Notes under the pieces: generated by a model | The model's input: the letters and a program-made list of their open reading frames with translations, nothing else | What the model was told of the DNA's origin: nothing | Database searches by the model: none | Program-made: the position numbers and the translations under genes | Assembly: GCA_944390965.1 (NCBI GenBank) | Contig: CALXRW010000005.1 | Location: 16 to 64,015 of the forward strand | Reading direction: 5' to 3' | DNA from: an uncultured Clostridia bacterium | GTDB taxonomy: Bacteria > Bacillota > Clostridia > TANB77 > CAG-508 | DNA: 64,000 bases | Part shown: in pieces, positions 28,981-37,749 of the stretch | How positions within the stretch are numbered: position 1 is the first letter of the stretch | Layout of the letters: the number at the start of each line of letters is the position of its first letter

Positions 28981-29418
28981 CTATTGTTCAAGCATATTTA
29001 CAATTTCAGATTTTCTCATAACACCTACTCCACGAGCTGTTTCTGTTCCGTCTTTTATTATTACTAAAGTAGGAATAGAAAATGCCTCATATTCCGTTGC
29101 TAATTCTTCTTCCTGATCTACATTTACTCTTACTACTTTTACATTCTCATTTTCATTTGCTATTTTCTGAATTGTTGGTTCTAATCTCTTACAAGGATCA
29201 CACCAATCTGCATAGAAATCAACTAAAACAGGTTTTTCACTTTTTAATACTTCTTCTTCAAAATTTTCTCTTGTCACCTCTAAAATTTCAACTTGTTTTA
29301 TGTCTTCTTCTGTTTTTGATATTTCTTCTTCTTCCTGTTGATTTAAGAGAATACTTGCCAGTATTATAAGAGATAAAAAAACAATAATTAATAAAATAAC
29401 TCCTATTTTTTTCTTCAT
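28981..29418 (-). CDS. Membrane-anchored thioredoxin-family protein
   Basis: N-terminal TM anchor and the active site WCDPC within a thioredoxin fold. Confidence 0.88.
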   Translation of the reverse strand: MKKKIGVILLIIVFLSLIILASILLNQQEEEEISKTEEDIKQVEILEVTRENFEEEVLKSEKPVLVDFYADWCDPCKRLEPTIQKIANENENVKVVRVNVDQEEELATEYEAFSIPTLVIIKDGTETARGVGVMRKSEIVNMLEQ

Positions 29419-29436
29419 ATTTCTTCCTACCTTTCT

Positions 29437-30072
29437 CTAAAAAAACATCATATAAATTCCCATTATAATTAATATAATACCAGAAATAATTTTTATAATA
29501 CGATAATGTTTTTTAATGAAATTGAATACTTCTTTTAATTTTTCAATTAGGATAACAGATATAATAAATGGTATTCCTAATCCAATGGCATAAACTAACA
29601 TTAATAAAATACCTTTTATTAAATCTTGCTGTTTAGCAATTAGTAATAACGCTGAACTTAAAAATGTACCAATGCAAGGAGTCCAACTAAAAGAAAATAA
29701 AATTCCAAATAATATGGCTTTGAAAAAATTTAAATCTTTTGTTTGTGTTTTTATCATTTTGGTTTTATTTAAAAATTTTATCTTTAAGACATCCATATAA
29801 TTAAGCCCTAGTAAAATAATTAAAATAGCAAATATTATTTTTATATAGGAAATGGATTGGCTAATAAAACTACCTAATTGACTGGCAAAAATAGATAATA
29901 TTAAAAATACAATGGTAAAACCTATAACAAAACCTATTGCATTTTTAATTGCTTTTTTCAAATTCTTTTCTTCTTTTCCCATGAAGTAGGATAGATATAT
30001 TGGCAACATAGGTAATAAACAAGGTGATATGAAACTAGCAATTCCTTCTAAAAATGTAAATATATATTCCAT
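29437..30072 (-). CDS. ccdA: Cytochrome c biogenesis/thiol-disulfide transporter CcdA (DsbD family)
   Basis: Six TM helices, with conserved Cys in SPCLLPMLP and WTPCIG. Confidence 0.88.
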   Translation of the reverse strand: MEYIFTFLEGIASFISPCLLPMLPIYLSYFMGKEEKNLKKAIKNAIGFVIGFTIVFLILSIFASQLGSFISQSISYIKIIFAILIILLGLNYMDVLKIKFLNKTKMIKTQTKDLNFFKAILFGILFSFSWTPCIGTFLSSALLLIAKQQDLIKGILLMLVYAIGLGIPFIISVILIEKLKEVFNFIKKHYRIIKIISGIILIIMGIYMMFF

Positions 30073-30182
30073 ATTTTTTCATCCTTTATACAATTATTTG
30101 CATGTATTATATCTTTATTATTTTCAAAATTCAATTCTTTTTATGCAAATTTTAAGCCAGATATACTCTGGCTTTTTTGTTT

Positions 30183-30710
30183 TTAATCTATTTTCTCTAT
30201 ATCAATTCTTGCATTTTCATAAATAATATCTTCTATGGATAATCCTACTAATTTTAAAATATCTCCTTGATTTAATTGCAAAATAACTGTGCTTGTTAAT
30301 GTCATTCTGTTAGCTGTATTTTCTCTTAAAATTGGACTTTCGTTTAAAGTATCTAATAAGACGATATCATTTACTTGAAGTGCAGCATTAAAATTAAATG
30401 TTCCAATTATTTGTTCTTCTCCAAGCAATTGATAAGATATTTGGTATATCCCTGTTTCATTTATGGTAATCTCATCACTTTCTGGCTCATGTGCAATAGC
30501 ATTTCCCACTTCTATGGTATTGTTACTAAATTTGATTGTTGCATTTCCTATTTCTGTGTTATCTCCTTCTACAGCAATTGCTGACAAAATATCCTTTTCC
30601 TGATTTTTATTTCCGCAAAACATAACTAGCAAAAAAATAATAATTGAAAAACAAATAATAGTAATAGTTAAAATTTTATATAATTTATTTGTATTGCATT
30701 CACAGCACAT
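30183..30710 (-). CDS. Membrane-anchored protein with a C1q/BclA-C-terminal-like beta-sandwich domain
   Basis: TM anchor, then the pattern TGIYQISYQL ... LQLNQGDILKL ... typical of TNF/C1q-like jelly-roll domains of exosporium proteins. Confidence 0.35.
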   Translation of the reverse strand: MCCECNTNKLYKILTITIICFSIIIFLLVMFCGNKNQEKDILSAIAVEGDNTEIGNATIKFSNNTIEVGNAIAHEPESDEITINETGIYQISYQLLGEEQIIGTFNFNAALQVNDIVLLDTLNESPILRENTANRMTLTSTVILQLNQGDILKLVGLSIEDIIYENARIDIEKID

Positions 30711-30763
30711 AAAAATCCCCCCATACTATATTGTATGGGAGGATTTTGTTTTTGTTCTTAATT

Positions 30764-31189
30764 TTATTCATCATCAATAGGTATATATTTCTTTTCTGGC
30801 AATTTTTTGGTTTCTTCCTTTTTTGGTATTTCTATTTTTAAAATTCCATTTTTGAAAGATGCCTTGATATCTTCGCTTTCAATATCTTCTCCTACATAAA
30901 AGCTTCTTGAACATGAACCCATGTATCTTTCTTTTCTTACATATTTGCCTTCTTCTTTTTCTTCTTTGTCATTATCAATAGTAGCATGTACTGTTAAATA
31001 TCCATCTTCTACTTCAAGTTTAATATTTTCTTTTTCATATCCTGGTAAATCTATGTCAATAATATATTTGTCTTTCTTTTCCTTAATGTCTGTTTTCATG
31101 ACTTTGCTTTCACCTTCTGTAAAAAATGGATCTCTAAACATTTCTCCTAATAAATCAAATTCATGATTTCTTCTTGGTATCATCATCAT
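30764..31189 (-). CDS. Hsp20/alpha-crystallin small heat-shock protein
   Basis: Alpha-crystallin domain (DIKEKKDKYIIDIDLPGYEKENIKLEVEDGYLTV ... FKNGILKIEIPK). Confidence 0.93.
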   Translation of the reverse strand: MMMIPRRNHEFDLLGEMFRDPFFTEGESKVMKTDIKEKKDKYIIDIDLPGYEKENIKLEVEDGYLTVHATIDNDKEEKEEGKYVRKERYMGSCSRSFYVGEDIESEDIKASFKNGILKIEIPKKEETKKLPEKKYIPIDDE

Positions 31190-31281
31190 AGTAATCTACT
31201 TCCTTTCATTTTTATGTGTTGACACCATTTAGGTAGCACATTTTTATTTTTAAAAGATATCTTTTACTTTTTACATTTTTT

Positions 31282-31323
31282 ATTATAGCACTAATTTTAG
31301 CAGTGTCAAGTGGAGACTGCTAA
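31282..31323 (-). promoter_or_regulatory. hsp20 sigma-A promoter overlapped by a CIRCE-like inverted repeat
   Basis: Minus strand reads TTAGCAGTC-N9-CACTGCTAA (31297-31323). The -35 TTGACA (31304-31309) lies inside the spacer, 16 nt from the -10 TATAAT (31282-31287). Confidence 0.6.
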
Positions 31324-31583
31324 TTTTCACAAAAGTTTCACATTTTTTAATTCTATCCATTTCCAATTTTATCAATCTATCTTGTTTTTATATTAAGTTC
31401 AGTATGTTCTGTGAATATATGGCATTTTTTCTGTATTGATTTTGAATAAACTTATTGGTACCTATTGCCATTAGCAGCTTTATGTATTGGCCTAACTTCA
31501 AAAGCTTTTACTCGTCTTTTATCATAGCTTGAAAAAATATCGTATGTTTATTTAACATTCAAATTTTTTAATTTTCACATGCA

Positions 31584-31635
31584 TTGCAAAACATTTGCAA
31601 AATTATTTGACAAATTTGTTTAAACTGTGTATAAT
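31584..31635 (+). promoter_or_regulatory. Consensus sigma-A promoter with an upstream 7-3-7 palindrome
   Basis: TTGCAAA-ACA-TTTGCAA (31584-31600), then TTGACA (31607-31612), 17 nt, TATAAT (31630-31635). Confidence 0.6.
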
Positions 31636-31641
31636 AATTAT

Positions 31642-31732
31642 AGGAAATGGAGAAACCACAAACGTGGTCAACCTCGGAATAATGTTTTAGACACATCAAA
31701 CTTTGGCGAGTTTACAGATGTGTCTGTTTTTT
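31642..31732 (+). ncRNA. Candidate about 90-nt small RNA (possible type I antitoxin)
   Basis: Starts just downstream of a consensus promoter. Ends in the strong hairpin AGACACATC(AAACT..AGTTT)GATGTGTCT + GTTTTTT (31689-31732). Convergent with the hydrophobic peptide gene, whose stop is at 31736. Confidence 0.45.
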
Positions 31733-31735
31733 GGT

Positions 31736-31858
31736 TTATTTGCTCTTACGAAGTAGTATTACAAGTGCTATTATCGAAGTAAGAGCTATGATAGTTACTC
31801 CTATTAATGAATAATATAATATGTATATTGTTGCAATTAATGTTTGTATTTCTACCAT
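31736..31858 (-). CDS. 40-aa hydrophobic peptide with a basic C-terminus (candidate type I toxin)
   Basis: GGAGGTGA 6 nt upstream of ATG 31858. Translates to MVEIQTLIATIYILYYSLIGVTIIALTSIIALVILLRKSK. The SD can pair with the upstream CCTCC. Confidence 0.5.
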   Translation of the reverse strand: MVEIQTLIATIYILYYSLIGVTIIALTSIIALVILLRKSK

Positions 31859-31969
31859 AAGCCTCACCTCCTTGTTGGAGGCAAACCACATCTGCTTGTT
31901 CTCATTTCCTATGTTTAATACTATATAACATTTGTTCGCAAAAATCAAGTGAACATAACTTTTTTGTGC

Positions 31970-32027
31970 AAAAAATCCAAGATTTATTGATTCTATAAAA
32001 AAATATAATCAGTAAATCTTGGATTTT
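31970..32027 (-). terminator. spo0A terminator
   Basis: 15-bp stem AAAATCCAAGATTTA / TAAATCTTGGATTTT, followed by a T-run in minus sense. Confidence 0.7.
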
Positions 32028-32087
32028 ATTTTTTAAAACTATTATTTAAATTTTATGTATTTTTACTATTGTAATATTTTTCATAAT

Positions 32088-32906
32088 CTATGCTGATTTT
32101 AATTCAAGACGTAATTTGTCAGCTATCATTGCTATAAATTCTGAATTTGTAGGTTTCCCTTTGCTTGCTGATACTGTATAACCAAAAATGCCATCTACAG
32201 CATCTAATTGCCCCCTTGACCAAGCTACTTCAATTGCATGGCGAATTGCTCTTTCTACTCTACTTGGTGTTGTTCCAAATGTTTTTGCAATGTCTGGATA
32301 TAATTGTTTTGTAATCTGATTGATAATTTCAATATCATTTACCACCATCATAATCGCTTCTCTTAAATATTGATATCCCTTAATATGAGCTGGCACTCCC
32401 ACTTCATGTATCACGTTTGTTACTAGGGCTTCTAAATTTTTCTCATCTTTTTGCTTTTCTGGAGATAATTCTATGTATTGTGCTTTTATTTCCTTTCCTA
32501 TAAAATTATTTTTGACAGGAGTTGATTGGTAATTCTTCAATTCTTTGATTCTTTTTATTAATAATTCAATATCGAATGGTTTTACAACATAATATTCTGC
32601 TCCTAGGTTAATAGCTCTCTGGGTAATTTTATCTTGCCCCACGGCAGATAGCATAATACATAATGGGTGTTTCTGTAGATTAACAGAATTTAATTTCTCT
32701 AATACTCCTATTCCATCTAAATGTGGCATAATCACGTCTAGTAAGATAATATCTGGCTGTGCATTTGTGATCATTTCGAAAGCTTCATTGCCATCCTTTG
32801 CCACTCCAATTACTTCCATATCATCTTGTTTTTCTAAATATCCGGTCAATGTTTTTGCAAATTCTGTGTTGTCATCTGCGATTAAAACTGTGATTTTCTC
32901 TTTCAA
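32088..32906 (-). CDS. spo0A: Sporulation master regulator Spo0A
   Basis: Receiver domain ([18 protein letters not shown]) plus the Spo0A-specific C-terminal domain ([36 protein letters not shown]). Confidence 0.96.
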   Translation of the reverse strand: MKEKITVLIADDNTEFAKTLTGYLEKQDDMEVIGVAKDGNEAFEMITNAQPDIILLDVIMPHLDGIGVLEKLNSVNLQKHPLCIMLSAVGQDKITQRAINLGAEYYVVKPFDIELLIKRIKELKNYQSTPVKNNFIGKEIKAQYIELSPEKQKDEKNLEALVTNVIHEVGVPAHIKGYQYLREAIMMVVNDIEIINQITKQLYPDIAKTFGTTPSRVERAIRHAIEVAWSRGQLDAVDGIFGYTVSASKGKPTNSEFIAMIADKLRLELKSA

Positions 32907-33022
32907 AACAATTCCTCCTAAACTAAAATATTTGTAAAATTTTTACAGTTATGATTATAATCTTTTTTCTTTCAGAACGCAATACTTTTCTGGAAAATTT
33001 TTCAAGTTTTTTCGTTTTTTCG

Positions 33023-33643
33023 CTATATATCAATAAATTTTTCTTCTAGTATGTTATATTTTTCTAGTTTTATTGTTTTATTGCTGTTAAGATTTGTAAA
33101 ATCTTTCCACATTTTTTTTGGAATTTCTAGTTCTGCTTTTATATTTTGTAAATATGTCTTGTTTTGTAAATTCCATTTTCTTTTTTTAGCTTCATATTCT
33201 AAATTGGGAAAATTTGCATATGTAATTTCAACCTCTACAACATAGCCCCAATCTTGATAAACAATTTTCGTTTTTTCAATTGCTTTTTTGGTGCTATCTC
33301 CATATGCCTTTGTTAAGCCTCCTGTTCCTAATAAAATTCCTCCAAAAAATCTTGTTACTATAATTAAAACATTTTGTAGCTCCGCCCCTTTTAAGTGGTT
33401 AAGAATCGGTTGACCTGCCGTTCCTGCCGGTTCTCCATCATCACTGCTTTTCTCTATTAGTTGTTCTTCTTTTAAAATACGGTAGGCAAAGCAATGGTGC
33501 CTTGCTCCTTTATAGTTTTTCTTTGTTTTTTGCAATATATCTTTTACTTGTTCTTCTTTTTGTACAGGATAAATTTGTGCAATGAATTTTGACTTTTTTT
33601 CCTCTATTTCTGCTATTTCAGCTTTTTCGATTGTTTTTATCAT
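33023..33643 (-). CDS. yigZ: YigZ/IMPACT-family protein (UPF0029)
   Basis: Motifs KSKFIA, ARHHCFAYRI and DDGEPAGTAGQPIL. Confidence 0.85.
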   Translation of the reverse strand: MIKTIEKAEIAEIEEKKSKFIAQIYPVQKEEQVKDILQKTKKNYKGARHHCFAYRILKEEQLIEKSSDDGEPAGTAGQPILNHLKGAELQNVLIIVTRFFGGILLGTGGLTKAYGDSTKKAIEKTKIVYQDWGYVVEVEITYANFPNLEYEAKKRKWNLQNKTYLQNIKAELEIPKKMWKDFTNLNSNKTIKLEKYNILEEKFIDI

Positions 33644-33647
33644 TTAA

Positions 33648-34908
33648 TTATTCCTTTCCTTCTGTATTTTTTCCTGCTACATATCCTGTGCTATAAGCAA
33701 TTTGCAAGTTAAAACCTCCTGTATAGGCATCTACATCAATTAATTCTCCTGCAAAAAATAGTCCTTTCACAATTTTTGATTCCATTGTATTAGGAATAAT
33801 CTCTTTAATAGAAATTCCTCCCGCTGTTATAATGGCTTCCTCTACTGGTCTAAATTTCTGTATCTCTAATGTTAGATTTTTTATACTATTTACCATCTTT
33901 TTCCTTTCTTCTTTTGTAATTTCATTTATTTTTTTGTTTTCCAATAAATTCCATTTATTTATCATAGGTAAAATCATTTTCTGAGGTAATAATTTCTTGA
34001 TACCATTTTTTAGTTCTTTATTTTTAGCTTCATCAAAATCTCTTAAAATTCTTTTTTCCAATATTTCTTCTGTTAATGCAGGTTTCAAGTCAATATGCAA
34101 TTGTATCTTGTGGTTTTGCATTAGTGTTTCTATATGGGAATATCTTAACAAATGGGATGAGCTACTCAATATTATTGGTCCAGAAACGCCAAAATGAGTA
34201 AATAACATTTCTCCAAAATCTGTATAAATTATTTTCTTCTTTTCTCGATCTTCTATTTTAATAGCTACATTTTTTAAAGATAATCCTTGTAGACTTAATA
34301 CAAACTTTTTATCATAAACTTCCAAGGGAACTAAAGAACCTCTTATTGGGATAATAGTGTGTCCCAATGTTTTTGCTAATTGATATCCATCTCCTGTGCT
34401 ACCTGTTAAAGGATAACTTTTTCCACCTGTTGCTATAATTACTTTATCTGCTGAAATTGTTTCATAATCGGTTTTTAGACCTTTTATTTTCCCGTTTTCT
34501 GCTAATATTTTTTCTACCCTGCAATTTGTTCTTATTTCTACTTTTTGCCTTTTCAGTTCTTCCAAAAAAGCATCTCGTACTTCTTTTGCGGTATCTGACA
34601 CAGGAAATATTCGACTACCTCTTTCTGTCTTTGTTTTCACTCCTCTTTCTTCTAGGAATTGAATGATGTCTTTATTATCAAATTTTTTGAATGCACTATA
34701 AAGGAACATCCCATTTCCGGGTATGTTTGGTATAAAATCTTCTATTGGTAAACTACTTGTAATATTGCATCTGCCTTTTCCAGTAATTAATAGTTTTTTC
34801 CCTAATTCTTGGTTTTTCTCGAATAAAATTACCTGATTTCCCTCTTTTGCTGCTGTAATTGCAGCCATCATTCCAGCTGGTCCACCGTCCAACTACAAGT
34901 ACTTTCAT
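33648..34908 (-). pseudogene. HI0933/YhiN-family FAD-dependent oxidoreductase with a +1 frameshift in the dinucleotide-binding motif
   Basis: ATG 34908 gives MKVLVVG, then the frame breaks. The remainder (from 34892) reads DGGPAGMMAAITAAKEG. Removing one C (complement of G 34887) restores MKVLVVGGGPAGMMAA. Confidence 0.7.
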
Positions 34909-34926
34909 TATATTATCCTTCCTATA

Positions 34927-36150
34927 TTAAAGATTTATTCCTAAATTTCTAACTGCTTTTAAGACACCCAATTTCCCGTACTCATAAGTAAGTCCACCTT
35001 GTTGAAAAGCTAAATATGGAGGTCTAATAGGTGCATCACAAGATAATTCTATGGAAGACCCTGATATAAATGTTCCTGCCGCCATAATTACTTGATTGGT
35101 ATATCCAGGCATGTCCCATGGTTCTGGAATTACATGAGAATCAATTGGAGAACCCATTTGAATTCCTTGGCAATATTTAATTAATTCTTCTGCGTTATGA
35201 AATCCAATTGTTTGTACAATATCTGTTCTTTTTTCATCATATCTTGGCTCTACCTGATATCCTAATTTCTCTAAAAGGCAACTCGTAAAAACTGCTGTTT
35301 TTAAACTGTTAGCTACTACTTGTGGTGCCATAAAAATACCTTGTAAAATTGGTTTATTAATTCCTAAGGTAGGTCCTACCTCTTTTCCAAGTCCTGGTGC
35401 TGTTAACCTTTCTGCTGCCAATTCAACTAATTCCTTTTTCCCTGCAATATATGCACCATTTGGTACAATTCCTCCACCTAAGTTTTTTATAAGAGAACCT
35501 ACCATTAAATCTGCTCCAACTTCCACTGGTTCTTTTTCTTCTACAAACTCTCCATAACAATTGTCGCACATGATAATTACTTGTTTATTTATTCTTTTAA
35601 TGCTAGAAATAATATGTTCTATTTTTTCAATTGTTAAGCTTTTTCTTGTTGCATATCCCCTAGAACGTTGTATAGTTATTAATTTAACATTCCCTTTTTT
35701 TACTCTTTCCACTATTTTTTCTTCATCAAATTCATTTTCTTTTAAATCAATTTGTTCATAGTAGACTCCATATGCTTTCAAGGAACTTGGATTTTCCTCA
35801 AGGCCAATAACAGAATCTAATGTATCATATGGCTTTCCACTAATACTAAGCATGGTATCTCCTGGTCTTAGCATGGCAAATAATGAAACCGTTAATGCGT
35901 GTGTTCCTGAAATAAATTGGTTTCTAACTAAAGAATCTTCTGCCCCTAAGACTTCTGAAAATATATTTTCAATTTTTTCTCTTCCGATATCATTATAACC
36001 ATATCCTGTTGTACTATTGAAGTGAACTTCTGATATTTTTTGATTTTGAAATGCAGATAGTACCTTCTCACTATTTTTTTGACAATTTTTTTCTATTTCT
36101 TTGATAATTGGTTCTATTTCTCTTTCAACAGCTTGCAATATATCTTCCAT
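34927..36150 (-). CDS. YnbB-type PLP enzyme (methionine gamma-lyase-like / aluminium-resistance family)
   Basis: N-terminal pattern KVL.AFQ..K..E.HF..TTGYGYND.GRE and a PLP-fold middle region. Confidence 0.75.
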   Translation of the reverse strand: MEDILQAVEREIEPIIKEIEKNCQKNSEKVLSAFQNQKISEVHFNSTTGYGYNDIGREKIENIFSEVLGAEDSLVRNQFISGTHALTVSLFAMLRPGDTMLSISGKPYDTLDSVIGLEENPSSLKAYGVYYEQIDLKENEFDEEKIVERVKKGNVKLITIQRSRGYATRKSLTIEKIEHIISSIKRINKQVIIMCDNCYGEFVEEKEPVEVGADLMVGSLIKNLGGGIVPNGAYIAGKKELVELAAERLTAPGLGKEVGPTLGINKPILQGIFMAPQVVANSLKTAVFTSCLLEKLGYQVEPRYDEKRTDIVQTIGFHNAEELIKYCQGIQMGSPIDSHVIPEPWDMPGYTNQVIMAAGTFISGSSIELSCDAPIRPPYLAFQQGGLTYEYGKLGVLKAVRNLGINL

Positions 36151-36276
36151 TTTTATCCTCCTGATAATATCTTTACTTTAAGAAAATCTCTCCCGGTATT
36201 TTGGGAAATTATTTGTACTATTAGAAAAATGTCGAAATTGCACATGCAAGTTCAACATTTTCTTTAGCTTGTTTTT

Positions 36277-37617
36277 CTATTCTTTTGCGTCTTTTTTCTC
36301 TTCTTCCTCTTCTTGATTTTCCTTTTCTTTTTTATGTTTATACGCTTTTACCCATAATATTCTTTTGTCTTCATATTCTTCTATTTTGTAAGTTACATCC
36401 TCGGTTTCTATAATTGGTTTTTCCTCGTCTTCTGGAATTCTACCCAATTCTTCTGTTAGGTATCCTGATAAAGTATCATATTCTCCTTCTGGAATTTCAA
36501 CGCCCAAAATTTTTTTCAATTCAAAAATAGATACACTTCCACTAATTCTAAAAGTATCTTCATCTATTTTTTCATATTCTGTTTCAATTTCATCGTATTC
36601 ATCAAAAATATTGCCAACCAATTCTTCAATAATGTCTTCCATAGTAACAATTCCTTCTGTTCCACCATATTCATCTACAACAATCGCAATTTGTTTTTTG
36701 TTTTTTTGTAATTCTCTAAATAATTCATTAATTGGTTTTGCTTGTGGTACAAAATATGCTTCTCTCATGACATTTTTGATTTTTACTTTTTTATTAGTTT
36801 TTATATATTTAAATAAATCTTTAATATATAAAACACCAACAATTTCATCAATAGATTCTTCATAAACTGGTATACGACTATATTTGTATTCATCCAATGT
36901 GTCTAATATTTCCTCAATATCTGAATTTACTTCTATTGCATATACATCTGTTCTGTGTGTCATAATTTCAATTACTGTTTTATCATTAAATTCAAATACA
37001 TTGTTAATAAGTTCTTTTTCTTCTTCTTGAATAGAGCCTTTTTCTTGTCCCACATCTACCATCATTCGAATTTCTTCTTCTGTTACTACTTCCTCTTCAT
37101 TTTCTCCTACTCCAAATATTTTTGATACAATATTAGTAGATATTGTTAGTAATTTTACAAATGGTGCTGTAACAAAATAAATAAATCTTACAATTCCAAT
37201 TGCTAAGAATGCTATTTTTTCATGATTTTTCATTGCTAATCTTTTAGGAACTAACTCTCCAAATACAAGTGTAAAATAAGATAAAATTAAGGTAATAATG
37301 ATAATAGCAATAGCTCTCCATGTTCCAATTGTAATTGCTGGTATCCATTCATTTAAAATAGGTGCTAATTTATCTGCAAAGGCATCTGATGCAAAAGCAC
37401 TAGATAGAAATCCAGCTAGGGTAATTCCTATTTGAATTGTTGCTAAAAATTGGCTTGGCTTTTTTAACATTTTTTGTATTTGTTTTGCTTTTTTATTTCC
37501 TTCTTTTGCTTGTTTGTCAATTTTAGCATCATTAATGGAAATAAAAGCAATTTCTGTTGCTGCAAAAAAGGCATTTAGCAGAATTAAAATAAGTAAGACA
37601 AAAATTTGTGATAACAT
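36277..37617 (-). CDS. CNNM/TlyC-family hemolysin-like protein (DUF21 + CBS pair + CorC_HlyC)
   Basis: DUF21 TM domain (ATEIAFIS ... GELVPKRLA), a CBS pair, and a C-terminal transporter-associated domain. Confidence 0.88.
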   Translation of the reverse strand: MLSQIFVLLILILLNAFFAATEIAFISINDAKIDKQAKEGNKKAKQIQKMLKKPSQFLATIQIGITLAGFLSSAFASDAFADKLAPILNEWIPAITIGTWRAIAIIIITLILSYFTLVFGELVPKRLAMKNHEKIAFLAIGIVRFIYFVTAPFVKLLTISTNIVSKIFGVGENEEEVVTEEEIRMMVDVGQEKGSIQEEEKELINNVFEFNDKTVIEIMTHRTDVYAIEVNSDIEEILDTLDEYKYSRIPVYEESIDEIVGVLYIKDLFKYIKTNKKVKIKNVMREAYFVPQAKPINELFRELQKNKKQIAIVVDEYGGTEGIVTMEDIIEELVGNIFDEYDEIETEYEKIDEDTFRISGSVSIFELKKILGVEIPEGEYDTLSGYLTEELGRIPEDEEKPIIETEDVTYKIEEYEDKRILWVKAYKHKKEKENQEEEEEKKDAKE

Positions 37618-37749
37618 TAATTTTTTTACATCCTTTCTAGTGAATTATTTTATCCATAATTCATATGAAATATTATAACTTTTATCGTCATATCTGTCAA
37701 TATGTTTTTCTTGCTAACTGCCTTTCTTGTTACAGTTTTCCCCTGTTTT

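Noticed and set aside
31647-31682. 11-codon mini-ORF (MEKPQTWSTSE) inside the candidate small RNA
   Set aside because: Only a weak AGGAAA lies directly against the ATG, and there is no leader-peptide-like codon bias. It is mentioned here but not called as a gene.
31736-31948. 70-aa version of the hydrophobic peptide ORF from the ORF track
   Set aside because: The upstream ATG has no SD, and the first 30 residues are not hydrophobic. The internal ATG at 31858 has a perfect GGAGGTGA, so the 40-aa form is preferred.
36230-36236. Exact Spo0A box TGTCGAA upstream of the ynbB-like gene
   Set aside because: A single 7-mer occurrence with no second box and no positional support is compatible with chance.
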